This document shows, piece after piece, positions 27,140-40,600 of a DNA stretch of 64,000 nt; the first letter of the stretch is position 1; each line of letters starts with the position of its first letter. Location of the stretch: positions 84,528,531 to 84,592,530 of the forward strand of contig NC_068988.1 in the NCBI RefSeq assembly GCF_001194135.2. Reading direction: 5' to 3'. A program made the position numbers and the translations under genes. Source of the DNA: Octopus bimaculoides (Eukaryota). The notes below the pieces were generated by a model, which ran no database searches, was not told where the DNA came from, and saw nothing but the letters and a program-made list of their open reading frames with translations.

Positions 27140-30100
27140 GTAAGTAGATATATTCAACTGTTTACTGATGTAGTTTTGTGGTTGGATGTGTAAATGCAAG
27201 TTACTCTGATTAATTTCAACTAAGCACATTTTATATTAACTGTAATATGTTTTGTGAAGGTTTATTATATCTCTTTTATGGTGCTATTTACAGCTTGATT
27301 GACTGTACTTATTTTTTGTACTTATTTACTTATATTTAGTTATTCTCTAACTAGAGACCTAACATAAATATCTACAACAAAATGGCTGCCACCAAGGCAC
27401 CCAAGGGCCTTATGATGGTATGAAACTAGAAAACACATTAAGTCTCTCAGAAATATTTGTGTGTATTAGTTTCAACAAAAGAAATTCTCGATTATCATAA
27501 AAATAAAAGTTTAAATGAATGTTTTTTTTATATATAAGGATAGTAGTTGAAAGTAAAAGTAAGTTAAAGTGAATTAGTTTTAGCCAGAGTACTTTATGGT
27601 CATTGATTGTTGTATGGATTTGTCCTTACTATGAAAGGATGTACAAATATAATAAGGGGTTAAGTTTAGGTGGTTCTTAAACAACTTGTTTTTATGTGGC
27701 TGGGATAAACAAACGCTTACTTGCTCACTCACTCATGCACGCATACACTGAGTTGTGCACACAAAGAGTGGCACTTACAGAGCCAGAACTGCAACACAAA
27801 GATATGATTACCCACGTATAGAAACCACATAGGGTACCACCTTTTACTATTGCTACAGCCCTCTTTCTGTAGTTGGTTTTTGGTGAATGAGGGTATTTGG
27901 GACTGCAATCTTCAGTTGCACGTTGTTGTCATGACATTGGTTTATCTGGGATCTCAGTAGAATATCCAAAGCTTTCTTGAATACATTTATATTCATTCTA
28001 TGTAGATTTCAAATTCTGGTCCTAAATTATTTGGGGAATGTCAGGCAGAATTCAGTTTGGTGGATTTTATAGCTCTCAATACTGAAACTTGATCCTAGCC
28101 TTTCCAGGATCTGGTCACAACTTTGGGCTGGAACCAATAAAAGATACATACATATATATATATATATGAGGAGGTACCTAAAAGTAACCAGAAATGTTCT
28201 CCGTGGGACAAGCCCATTGTAGATTGGGCTCCCACTGCTAGAGACCACTTGATACAATCCTCAGGCATCAGTCTATTGACCAGAGCTGTCGAGTGAGGTC
28301 GTACTACTACATGGTGTGTTTTGTTTTGCGGCGCTTCTCCTGTTTGTTGATTTTTGCAATGGCTGAAACAAAGAAACAGTGTACTTCCATGAAATTCTCT
28401 TTTCTGCTGGGGAAAACAGCAGCTGAAATAGTTGTCATGCTTCAAACAGCTTATAAGAATGCTACCATGAACAAAATACAAGTTTACAAGTGATTTTCAC
28501 ACTTTAGGAATGGTCACTTGTTGCTTGAAGACCAACTTCATTCAAGGCGACTGTTGACCTCCCGAACAAATGAAAACATCACAAAAATTTATGAACTGAT
28601 TTTGGAGGACAGTCACGGAACAACTGATGAACTTGTTGATATGACTGGTGTGTGCTGAAGATCCTATGAATGAATTCTGAGCAAGGAATTGTGAATGAAA
28701 AGAGTTGCAGCAAAATTTGTGCCTCACTTGCTCACGGAAGATCAAAAGCAGTCTTGACTGCATGTCATGAACTGAAAGAACAGTTTCGACAGTCATCACT
28801 GGTGATGAAAGCTGGTGCTATGGAATTTGCAGGATAACAACGATGACGATGATGATGATGAAAAAGCTGAAGAAAAAAATGATGGAGGCTTTAAAGAGCA
28901 TTACTTCACAAGAGTTCCAGCACTGGACTGAAGCAGTGCTTCAAATGGAGGATACTTTGAAGACAATAAAAGTGTAAATCTGTAAAACTAATTGAATAAA
29001 ATAATACGGCAAATTTATGGTTTCTTTTTGGTACCCCACGGTATATGTATAGATACACACATGCACACACATTCAATGTGAAGTAAAAATTAATAAAAAT
29101 CCCTGGGAAGAGTAACACAAAAACTACAAAGTGTGACAAATAACACTTGAAAAGAGTATTTACAATGTGAATGGGACATTTCGGATGTTAGTCCTTGAGA
29201 AGGAAAAAAAAAAAAGAGTAACATAAGGAAAGATAAAGAGTCTGTTTGTGTAAATAGTAAAAAATATTTATTTTAAACTAAAAGATTTAAAAAAATTAAA
29301 TAATTAATTGGAGGAAGGGGAAGGGTTAAAAACCAAAAGGAGAAAGCGGTTCTCTGAAGCAAGGATAAAGAAGGAAAGTGTGAGTTGGGTGTGTACATGC
29401 ATATTTCTGAGAGTTCATGTTTCTGGTGGTGGTGGTGGACATAAAGGCATGGTGTAGGTATGTGTGTTGTGAGAGTGTCTGCATCTGTAGATGTAGGTGT
29501 ATAAATTTGGTGGCATTGGTTATTGGGGGGGGGGGATGAGAGTGGTGATAGTGTATTCAGATGTGTGTGTAATTAAGCAGATAAGGTGAAAGCATATGTG
29601 TGAGACTGTGTGTGGCCAAAGGTTGAAGAAGAAGTGGTGTAGGATGGTGTAGAGAGATGAATATGTGTGCAATGTGACCAGCGTTCTTTGTATGTGTGTG
29701 TGTGTGTACCTACACTAAAAGCATGCTATAGTGGAAAAGCCTTTTTTGGAGGCATGCAACAGTGAAGCAAAGCCCAAAGGGGTTCGATTTTTAAGTCAGA
29801 GGTAAAAAAATTGAAATAGTAAAAGTCTAAGATGATGAGTAAAGAGTTAGTCTTAAGAACAAAAATAGATTATATATATAAGGGTTGAAGAATGTATGTC
29901 CTCTTTATCTTACATAGTTTTTATCCAGAGTTTCTGCTCTTCTAGATGTAACAGAGAATAATGGTTTAGTTATAACTACTATCAGAGCATACAAAAGCAT
30001 TCCTTATTCAGTATCTACTCTATCTTGTATTTGTTCCAGATTTCCTAGACAGCCTGTCTTCACTTGAATTTGCAGAGCTAGGATCCTCTTTGTATGTTGA

Positions 30101-33100
30101 TGGGTTTGTTTGGTTGACTTGTTGAGAACCCACATCTTTACATTATGTAAAGAGCAGGGAGCTACAGTAGCTGCTGTAAAGAGAATAAGAATTTTTTCTG
30201 TTGTATAAGTAAAATCAGGCAAATGGCAGTTCTGCTAGCAATTGTATATAGACATAAAGTATTAGGAAAACAGTAATTAAATAGCTTATATTTTAAATTA
30301 AATTCTGTTTGCTTTAAGACAGATTTATTAAACTTATTCTTGTGAAGAAGATAGAATAAGTATGCTGAGAATTACTTATGGTTCAGGTAACTGTTTTCTC
30401 AATCTGCTAAACAATATGAACTCATGCCTATAGATTTGGTTTGCAGTTTTTTTTTTTTATTTAAAAAAAACAAAAAAAAACTAAATAGCACCATGTCTAT
30501 TAGTTTGAAAAATTGACAGCAGCACTACATCAGCAAATTTGTTAATGTGGCAATGGTGAAATAATCCATGTACATAACTTTTAGAAAAGGGATGCTGCTA
30601 AAACTTAGCTTTTGTATCAAAATTGATTTTAATAGCTGTCTCATGTCATGGATTTGTGATGGGGCATTCTTTGATATTACTGCAATAAAAGTCAAGATAA
30701 AAGAAAATACCCTAAATAATGGACCCTTCTAATGATCATAAGTGATTATAAAAGGAAGTGCATATTTTACTTACTAAAGCCCTTCACTATGTCAAGCATT
30801 GGCTCTTAGTAACTTTCACCTCACCGACCTCGACTCTGCTATCCACTTTTATAAAGACTAATGTACTGTAACCTTGTAGGCATTCAAGTTGTCCTGTAGA
30901 AAACTAACACACAGTGATCCACAGTAAGACAGGAACTAACAGTTTTGTTAGCCAGAAGCCATTTCCGGTTTTCTCTACAGCTTTCACATCTTTCATTTCT
31001 CTGCACAGAGTAAACTAACTTCACAAGTTGCATGAACATTGATACATAAATAGATGTGCATCTATTACACTCACAATTGTACATCCATTCATTATCTAGC
31101 TTAATGTAGCTTACGCAACTGACAGTAACAAGTCATTGCAGCTTAAACAATTTACTGTCACAATTCATTGTAGTTTGCAGTTAGAAACCATTGCAGTTTA
31201 CAGTTTACATATCCTTTGACTTTCACTGCATTAACAGAATCCCGACTTGAAATAGAACTCTTAATTCAGTTAGTTTCATATGAAGTATGTATATAAATGA
31301 ATGAATAATCAAAACAGTAACCCATTTCTACCAGTTCCTGTAGAAAGTATGTTTATTCTCTCTCATTTTCACAACAGCAAAATTATTTGCTTTAACTACA
31401 TGCAACATTCAAAATGGATTAGTATTATTTTAAACTGGTTATTTATTGCTTTCTAATAAAAATTTAACTTCCCAGCCTTCTCTACTAACACATGAATTGC
31501 TGTTTCATTTTATTTTGAATTGCTATTATATATTAGCAAGAACTGCTGTGTGAATTATTTCGCCACTTAGATTGAGCAGGTCTAAACTATGAACTTAAGG
31601 AAGTGGAAGATAAAGAAAGTATATATGTATAATTCAGTAATCTAAAACAAGGATATCAATATATGTAACAAAAAAAATGTCTAAACAACTTTTTAGATCA
31701 ATTTAAAAATGATGGGGGAAATCTTTAAAATTCCAATTTCAATATATTTTAATAAAAATTCTACTTTTATTCTCCATTTTGAAGTTTTTTGCTCAAATCC
31801 CACAAGTTTTCTATTTCTATAGCTCATGTTCACTGCAATCACCTCCTTCTCTTTGTTTCCCAATGTTCATCATTAAAATTCTTTGTTACCCTCCTCCTGC
31901 TCTTGTTTTATTCTCATTGGCAATATTGTTCATGTTATAGCCAGAAGAACAAATTTTTTCTCTTCTCTATTTTTGTAACTTTCAATGCTTTAAAGTTATT
32001 TCACTAATGCTTTTGTTTCCCTGTCATATTTCAATCACTTTCAATCTAAGTTATTTTACTACTTATTTATTTTAATGTTTCCTATAGTTATTACAATGTT
32101 ATTTCAATTTATTCATTACCATCTTCTGCATTGATGTTAAGAAAAATAATGGTTGCAGGTGGTTGTATATATTTAAAAGTACTTCTAATATTTTTTCTAT
32201 CTTCTTGAAAATGTTACCCCCCCCCCAAAAAAAAAACCCCCTCGCATGGTGTAGATTTGTGATGGGAGTGACTACAATTATATAATTCATTGGAAGAGCT
32301 TATGTTGTTATAAGCAACCATACACATACAGGCTCTGTGGTTGTGGTTGACAAGCTGAAATAAAAGTTTATGAAATGGAATTGTTTTAGTGAGAAGTGAA
32401 ACAGTTACATGTGTTGTATGTGTAATAATTAGTATTAAATATGAATTAGCAATTTAAACCCCTATAACAGTTTTATCACAACAAAACGTTGGATTATCAT
32501 GTGTATGGTAAACCAGTGTGAATCAAAGCAATGATCTGCATGTTCATTCTTAACATTTTTGACAGAATTGAATATGATATGCTAATCACTGTTGTATTTT
32601 GTCTTCAGAGAACATATTGTCCTTCCAGATATGTGTTGACAACACACTTAATTCACTGGCTTAAGGGACATTGAAACACCTGTATTTCAACATGAATGTG
32701 TCGCCTCAGTCAATGCTCCTCCAAGATCTCTGAATCTAAACAAAACTGGTTGTTTTTGTTTGTAGAATTCAGTGAATAAATTATTTGCTGATGTGTGCTG
32801 CTGTTTGTCAAGTTGATATTAAATTATTATGAGCATGTAAAACAGTGAATATGAAACAATGATTTGAATTAAAATTTAAATATTGAGATTCAAATAATAT
32901 TTAAAAACCTGGTAACAGCTAAATGAAGTTAGTTCCTGGTATACTGATAAATGAGATATTTATGCTTGGAATGCCTTTCATCATGAATATAATCAGGTTT
33001 GATCTGGGTTTAAACAACAACCAAAATCACTTTGAGCCAACAAAGAAGGCCTTTTTGTAGCCACATAACCTCCCAGAAATATCTGTCAAATTTTCTTCAC

Positions 33101-34583
33101 ATCACACCCCACTATCTTAAATTAGAAAAGAACACATGATAGTGTAGTCCTATATATATGTATATTAATATTATAGTGGGGTAGGCTAGTTTATGAGGTT
33201 ATCCTGAGTTTCTCACTCATAAGGGTTTAGCATACAGTGTATCTTCAGACCCCAAACGCTGCTGGCCTGAGACCTCTTTGAAATATGGAGGTGGGGAAAA
33301 AAACCATGTTGTAGGTGCTGCTGTTGTTGGTACTGTTGTTGCTGCTGTTGCAGCAACAGGCACAATAACAGCAGCAACAGGTGCAGCAGCAACAGCAGCA
33401 CCAAGAACAGCAATAGGCACAACAACATTATATGTCTACAGAAGTACAAGGGGTGCACTAGGAACTCTCTAAAGCAGTATATTTCCAATCATCTGTCCTC
33501 TTCCAGAGTCCCAGAGAGGAGATATATGACACCGCTGGCCAACCATATCTGGCAATTACAAGACGTAGAGATTCCATACTCGATCACATGGAAAATACTT
33601 GAGAATCCAGGCCCCTACATCAACAAAATGAAATAGTGCAAGTTATGCATTGCTGAATGCATGAGGATCCTTAAATACTCATTTGTGCCGGGGTGGGGGG
33701 CATCCTGAATTCCAGGACGGAGATTTTCGGACCATGCTTGCATTTTAGAAAATTTTCTGCTGACATTTTGGAATCCGCATGGCAGTACCACAACCGGAAA
33801 CCAATAGCCAAGGCCAAAGGGAGACAATCATTTACCATCATAGTACTCTGGTGACCACAAGATGGTNNNNNNNNNNNNNNNNNNNNNNNNNNNNNNNNNN
33901 NNNNNNNNNNNNNNNNNNNNNNNNNNNNNNNNNNNNNNNNNNNNNNNNNNNNNNNNNNNNNNNNNNNNNNNNNNNNNNNNNNNNNNNNNNNNNNNNNNNN
34001 NNNNNNNNNNNNNNNNNNNNNNNNNNNNNNNNNNNNNNNNNNNNNNNNNNNNNNNNNNNNNNNNNNNNNNNNNNNNNNNNNNNNNNNNNNNNNNNNNNNN
34101 NNNNNNNNNNNNNNNNNNNNNNNNNNNNNNNNNNNNNNNNNNNNNNNNNNNNNCATCCTGAATTCCAGGACGGAGATTTTTGGACCATGCTTGCATTTTA
34201 GAAAATTTTCTGCTGACATTTTGGAATCCGCATGGCAGTACCACAACCGGAAACCAATAGCCAAGGCCAAAGGGAGACAATCATTTACCATCATAGTACT
34301 CTGGTGACCACAAGATGGTAGCACGGCCAAAGATCGATGGACAATGGCAAAGGGAGATAATCACCCAGGGTTTTACCCTTAAAAATGCAGCTTTTCCCCC
34401 TTCCTAGTTTAAAGAGATCTCAGGCCAGCAGTGTTTAAGGTCTGAAGGTTCGCCATAAGGCCAAACCCTTCATGAGGGAGAAACCCTGGGCAACCCCTTA
34501 AATCAGCTTACCCTATTATGATATTAACTGCCTTTACATCTTAGAGTGTGCTTATCCTCTGCATTTATGTATTTCTACAAACG

Positions 34584-34661
<78 letters not shown>

Positions 34662-37600
34662 GATGCTAAAAAAAGTCTGAGTTGCCTGTGTTCAAATTTA
34701 TATCTATCTAGTAAGCAAAGTAGATGCTGTCACTATATTGTTATAGTCAGCTTTGTGAAAGATTTTTTTACACATCAAATGACTCTATGCTAAAATTAAT
34801 GGACTTTTAGAGAATTTTTGAGTTAACCACTCTTGCTATAGATTTCGTTGATGGAAAAGTTGTGTTTTGATTATGCCGGTAATAGCTTAACATATATCTT
34901 TAGAAACTTTCATGAGGGCCTGAAATTCCTTTATATAATTTTAGATAGATTCATTCACTTAGATGTCTATTTCTTTTACATGGTTTTAGATCTTCATCAT
35001 CACTATTTAAAGTCTGTTCTCCATGTTGAACAGTTTGACAGGAGTCAGCCAGCTACAAAGCTGCCCAGGCTCCATTAGTCTATTTTGGCATGGTTTCTAC
35101 AGCTGGATGCCCTTCCTAACACCAACCACTTTACAAAGTGTACTGGGTACTTTAACACTGTACCAGCATGGGCGCTTTTAAGTGGCACTAGCACTGGCGC
35201 TTTTACAGGTCTGAAGTTACAGACAATGATAACTTTCGGTCTTCCTTTTCTCATTAGGAAGTGCATGATTCAATTTATCACCATTATACAGTCTGGGCCT
35301 GTCATTCTTCCTAAGGTGATCCCAAATCCTCCAATTGATCTAGATATAAATATATTAATATTTGTTTGTATCAGAATATTTTGATTTATGTATTGAGAAT
35401 GTCCCTTGACTTACATGTGCGTAGTTAAAAAGATAGATATACAGTTAGAAAGAAAGAGTGAAAATTGCTCATGTTTCACTGCAATACACCAGCATACTAC
35501 TTGCACATATATAATATTGGTTTCAAATTTTGGCACAAGGCCAGCAAGTCTAAGGGAGAAGGTAAGTTGATTACATCACCCCCAGGGCTCAACTGGTACT
35601 TATTTTGTCCAGCGTGCTACCAACTCTGCCAGCCTGCCATTTTATATATAATATTGTATGCTTTTTGTACAAGAGAGGAATTCTTTATTATTTACAGAGA
35701 TGGCAGCACTCTAAACTTCTTTCTCTTTTATTAATTTTGCCAACTCATATATTTGAAAATAAAATATCTGTGTACTGCTCTTAGTGAGTCAACCAAATAT
35801 CTCATGGCCTTGCAATAATATTGTGTTGGCACAAACTAAAATTGCATCTGTCCTGCAAGTTGCATTCTGAGTTTTTCTATCAACTTCATAAGTTAGTCCC
35901 ATTAACTATGTCTCCTGTGATTTCCTTGGTCTGGTGCCTATGTAGTAGTTGATAGACCTGTCAAAAACATTCCAGTCATAATAATACTGATTTTTTTTTC
36001 CCCCAGACACATTATCAATGTATTCTTCTAAGATGGAATGGTTGTATAATTTGAGGTAGATTTGAATGCTATTTCCAGCACATTGAGTAACAATATGAAG
36101 GTATGACTATTGGCTGTGTAGCAGTTAATGATGGTGCTGCACTCACCAATCTAATTAGTTTAGAACCTGACTAAACTGATACACACCTTACGTTTTCAAT
36201 ATCAAAGTAACATTACCTGAAGGTCTTGCAAACTTTGTAGCTTTTACTCTTTTGTCATATCTCTACAATTGACCCCTCTATTGGTTCTACGGAAGGTAAG
36301 TTCTCCCTATTTTATTTGTAGTCTTACTTCAGCAAAACTTTGTAATGACATTAAAGAAAACAATTTTGACCTGATACAACTCCAATTTGCTAGGGAAGTA
36401 TTTACAAATAACCTCAACTCTGAATATTACTTATACTTCAATCTCTATTGGAATTAAATTCAGAATTTTGAGGCAAAGGACTAAATAGACTAAAACTATT
36501 GTTTTTAATTTAGAAATAAAGGTCCCTAGTTTGAATTCAATCTGGGACAATGTACATATCCAAGAATAAGACACTTAATAATGATTGGAGATCAAGCCGA
36601 CCAAGACTGTGTGGAAATAAATCTTGTAAATATACACTTTACAGATAAGATTATTAGCCTGAACAATTATGGTCAATTTATAACTGCTAGTATTTACAAT
36701 CTTTGATGACCTTTCATGGCAACCGCTTATCAATAAGATAATCAAAATAGCATTTCAAATATTAGGCTTCCTCTTTAGAACTACTTTGAATAGTTGTTGA
36801 CCATCTATTAGTTTTACCTTTATTAATGCACAACTCACATATTTAATGCAATAGTTACATACATGTTATGGGGATAATTGTAATACTGGTACACTCCTCC
36901 CACTTGATGAGTGGTATGTGCTTGGTATTATAAGTACTGTCAGTCAGTGTGGGCAAAGAGTACGAAATAGATGGTCATAGATGGTCATGGTCTTACTTGT
37001 CTAACTAACTATACTACTATATCAGAGTGGGCATTATAATAGTCTAACAGAGGATTACAACTGTGGTGATGAGCAATTAACAAACTCACAAGGAGTTATG
37101 AAACACACAAAGGTTTTTTTGTGCAAATTTTACAGTATACAGAAATCATAAAATTATGGATAAATTGTTAGCCGGTTTGTTCGAGTTGTAAAAACAACAA
37201 CAACAGTAGCAGCATCTACAACTGCAAGAACAACAGCAGAAGCAACAACAGTTACTGTTACAGCAACAAACGCTGCAATTGATGAATAGTAACTCATCTA
37301 AAAAAACTGAAAAGATGTTCTCACCAGATTTTGTTGCAAACTTGATAATGAAGTATGAACCAGACGAAGGAGTTACTGTCGAGGTGTACTATAGAAGATA
37401 CGAACAGATCTCCAATAAAGAGTGCAAAGATCGAGACGATAATATGAAAATGTGTTTAATCTTACGAAAACTGGCAGCAGGAGAACATGAGTGTTACAGC
37501 AATTACGTACACCTGAAAAAACCTTCTGACATAAACTTTAAAAATACAATAGACATTGTATAACATTTTTAGTGAGAAAAGCTCATTGTTCAATACATGC

Positions 37601-40600
37601 TGGAAATGTTTGAATCTAGAAAAGAACGATGAGGAGAACTACACTACACTACATATGCTGGTAGAGATAACAGAGAATGTGAAAAGTTCAAACTGGACAA
37701 ATTAATGCCAGTTATGTTCAAGTGCCTGATATTTACTTGGATGAACTGCATAAAATAACACAGGAGTAAGAACAAGAATTCTTGCTAAGCTGCAGCAAAA
37801 CCAAGCTGTAACCTTACAACAAGTGTCAAAAGAGTGTGAAAGAATAGTAAATTTAAGACACGATACAGAGAAAATTGAACATAAAGATTGCTCCCAAGTG
37901 AAACAAGTGTGAAATAGGCAGAATAGAAATCAAGTGTGTACTAAAATACAGTACAGACAGGACAAAAATCAGGAAAAAACTCGTGTTTTGCTTGTGGAGG
38001 TCTACACCTGAGAAAAAACAGCCCATTTAAGAAATGGAGTGTTTCTGTGGTGGAAAAATTAGACATGTAAAAGTGCACTGTAAAACCAAGATGACAAAAC
38101 GTTAGAACAAAGAAAAAAGAATTCAGAAGATGTTATTGGAAGTAAATGGGTAATATAACAAAGAGGAAATTCATGAATGTGAAAATTAAAAATATTAGAG
38201 TAAAAATGCAGATATTGGGAGTGATATGACCATTGTGAATGAAGAAACCTGGAAGTGTATCAGTAAGCCAAAATGTAGTAAATCTACAAAAGTAGCACAT
38301 GGTGTTATGGATAAAAGATTGTATTTTGTAGGTGAATTAGTGTGTAATGTGACATTTTGTGACCAAATAAAAACAGCAAATGTATATGTGTTAAAAAATT
38401 CAGTAAATTTATTAGGCACAGAGTGGATGGAACTATTCAAATTGTGGAATATGTCTATAAGTGTTTTGTGTGGGAATATAGTTGGTTCAGTCGAAGGTTC
38501 GAATGCAGCTGAGGGATTGAAAAGGAAAATAAAACATTTATTTCCAGATGTTTTATTGGATGAACTGGGCTGTTGCACAAAACCAAAGGCAAAAATTTTA
38601 ATAAAACAAAGTGCATCACCTGAATTTAAGCCAAAATGGAATGCACTGTTTAAGGAACTTGAAAGACTTGAAATAATCGAGAAGATGGACCACTCAGACT
38701 GGGCAGCACCTATGGTCTATGTAAAAAAGAAAAATAATAAGTTAAGACTTTGTGCAGATTTTTCAACAGGGTTGAAGGATTTACTTAATCTCACGTAAGT
38801 ACCCATTGCCGAGACCTGAGGAAGTGTTCACTAAATTGAATGGAGAGAAATTCTTCTCAAAAGTAGGCCTCTCGGAGGCATATCTACAAATCCAAGTAGA
38901 AGAAGAATGCTCACACTTATTAACCATTAATACACACTGTGGCTTATTTAAATTTAAGTGGCTTCTCTTCGGTGTAAAAGTGGCTCCTTCTATATTTCAG
39001 CAAGTAATAGATACAATGCTGGGTGACTGTGATTTTGCTATTGACTATTTAAGACGATCATCATCATCATCATCATCATCGTTTAACGTCCGCTTTCCAT
39101 GCTAGCATGGGTTGGACGATTTGACTGAGGACTGGTGAAACCGGATGGCAACACCAGGCTCCAATCTAATTTGGCAGAGTTTCTACAGCTGGATGCCCTT
39201 CCTAACGCCAACCACTCAGAGAGTGTAGTGGGTGCTTTTACGTGTCACCCGCACGAAAACGGCCACGCTCGAAATGGTGTCTTTTANNNNNNNNNNNNNN
39301 NNNNNNNNNNNNNNNNNNNNNNNNNNNNNNNNNNNNNNNNNNNNNNNNNNNNNNNNNNNNNNNNNNNNNNNNNNNNNNNNNNNNNNNNNNNNNNNNNNNN
39401 NNNNNNNNNNNNNNNNNNNNNNNNNNNNNNNNNNNNNNNNNNNNNAAGCCAGTCCAGGGGCACTGGCAACGATCTCACTCGAAAATCCTACGGGAGCCAG
39501 TCAGGCGGTACTGGCAACGGCCACGCTCAAAATGGTGCATCTCATGTGCCACCCGCACAAGAGCCAGTCCAGGGGCACTGGCAACGATCTTACTTGGCTT
39601 GCCGGGTCTTCTCACGCACAGCACATTTCCAAAGGTCTCGGTCCTAATAAAAAGTAAATCACATGAACAACACATAGAACACGTTAAAAGGATATTCGTA
39701 AAGATTAGAGAATACGACTTCAAGTTAATGCAAGAGAAATGCGAGTTCTTTCTGAAAAAAAAAAAAATAAATAATAGATAAAAACAGATGGAAACTGGAT
39801 CCATCCAGAGCAACTGTGATAAAAAAAATATGCCCACTCCAAATAATGTGACTATGCTACATGCATTTTTGGGTTTAGTTAATTACAATCAAATTTACAT
39901 TTCCTATATCCATAATGTAAGGGCCCTGCTAAATGATTTGCTAAAGAAAAATGCTAAATGGTACTGGACTGATAAGTGCCAGAAGGCATTTGATGAGTTA
40001 AAAAAACATTTTAACATCAAACTTGAATGCAGTTTGATCCAAAGCTGGATGTTATATTGGCCACAGATGCGAGTGATTACAGTGTAGGAGCTGTGCTTCT
40101 CCAGAAATATGACGATGGGAGTAAAAAGGCTATAACCTATGCGTTACAAATGTGATTATCAGCTGAAAGGAACTATAGCCAGATAGAAAAAGAAGCGTTA
40201 GCAGTCATATTCGGTGTGAAAAATTTCATAGATTTATTCATGGAAGAAGTTTCTGTCTACAAAAGGATCATATCACACAACTGTCAAAATACGGTTCTAA
40301 AAAAGGAATACACAGTGAATAGACTACAGCGATGGGGCACTACATTATTGAATTATGATTACAAAATGGAATATTTAGAGTCAAAAAAACTAGAGCATGC
40401 AGATGGTTTGTCCAGACTGATACTAAAATGCTGCAAGCCATTTGAAGATAAGGTCATCACAGCTTTAAAATGAGAAAGAGAAATAAAAAATGTAATGTGG
40501 AATGTGATACGTGAATTACCAGTAATCCTAGAAGACATAAAACAAAATACAGAAAAGGACAATTTCATAACAGAAATGAAAAGAATACTGTGGACAGGAA

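Noticed and set aside
30004-30250. Possible LINE C-terminal fragment on the minus strand
   Set aside because: Similarity is too weak to support by eye; left unannotated.
30955-30985. ETS-like motif (atttccggt) as an internal promoter
   Set aside because: A single short motif with no CpG island or downstream ATG exon; expected by chance.
32600-32700. Possible exon after gtcttcag or ttccag acceptors
   Set aside because: Every frame tested hits a stop within about 22 codons and no domain signature is present.
33213-33488. Poly-Leu/poly-Gln and Ala/Thr-rich ORFs
   Set aside because: Products of a degenerate triplet repeat inside a TIR element; no splice context or start support.
33701-34318. 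About 165-nt direct duplication (33701-33866 and 34153-34318) giving repeated ORF text
   Set aside because: The copies differ by about one base and directly flank an N gap, typical of overlapping contig ends or two haplotypes.
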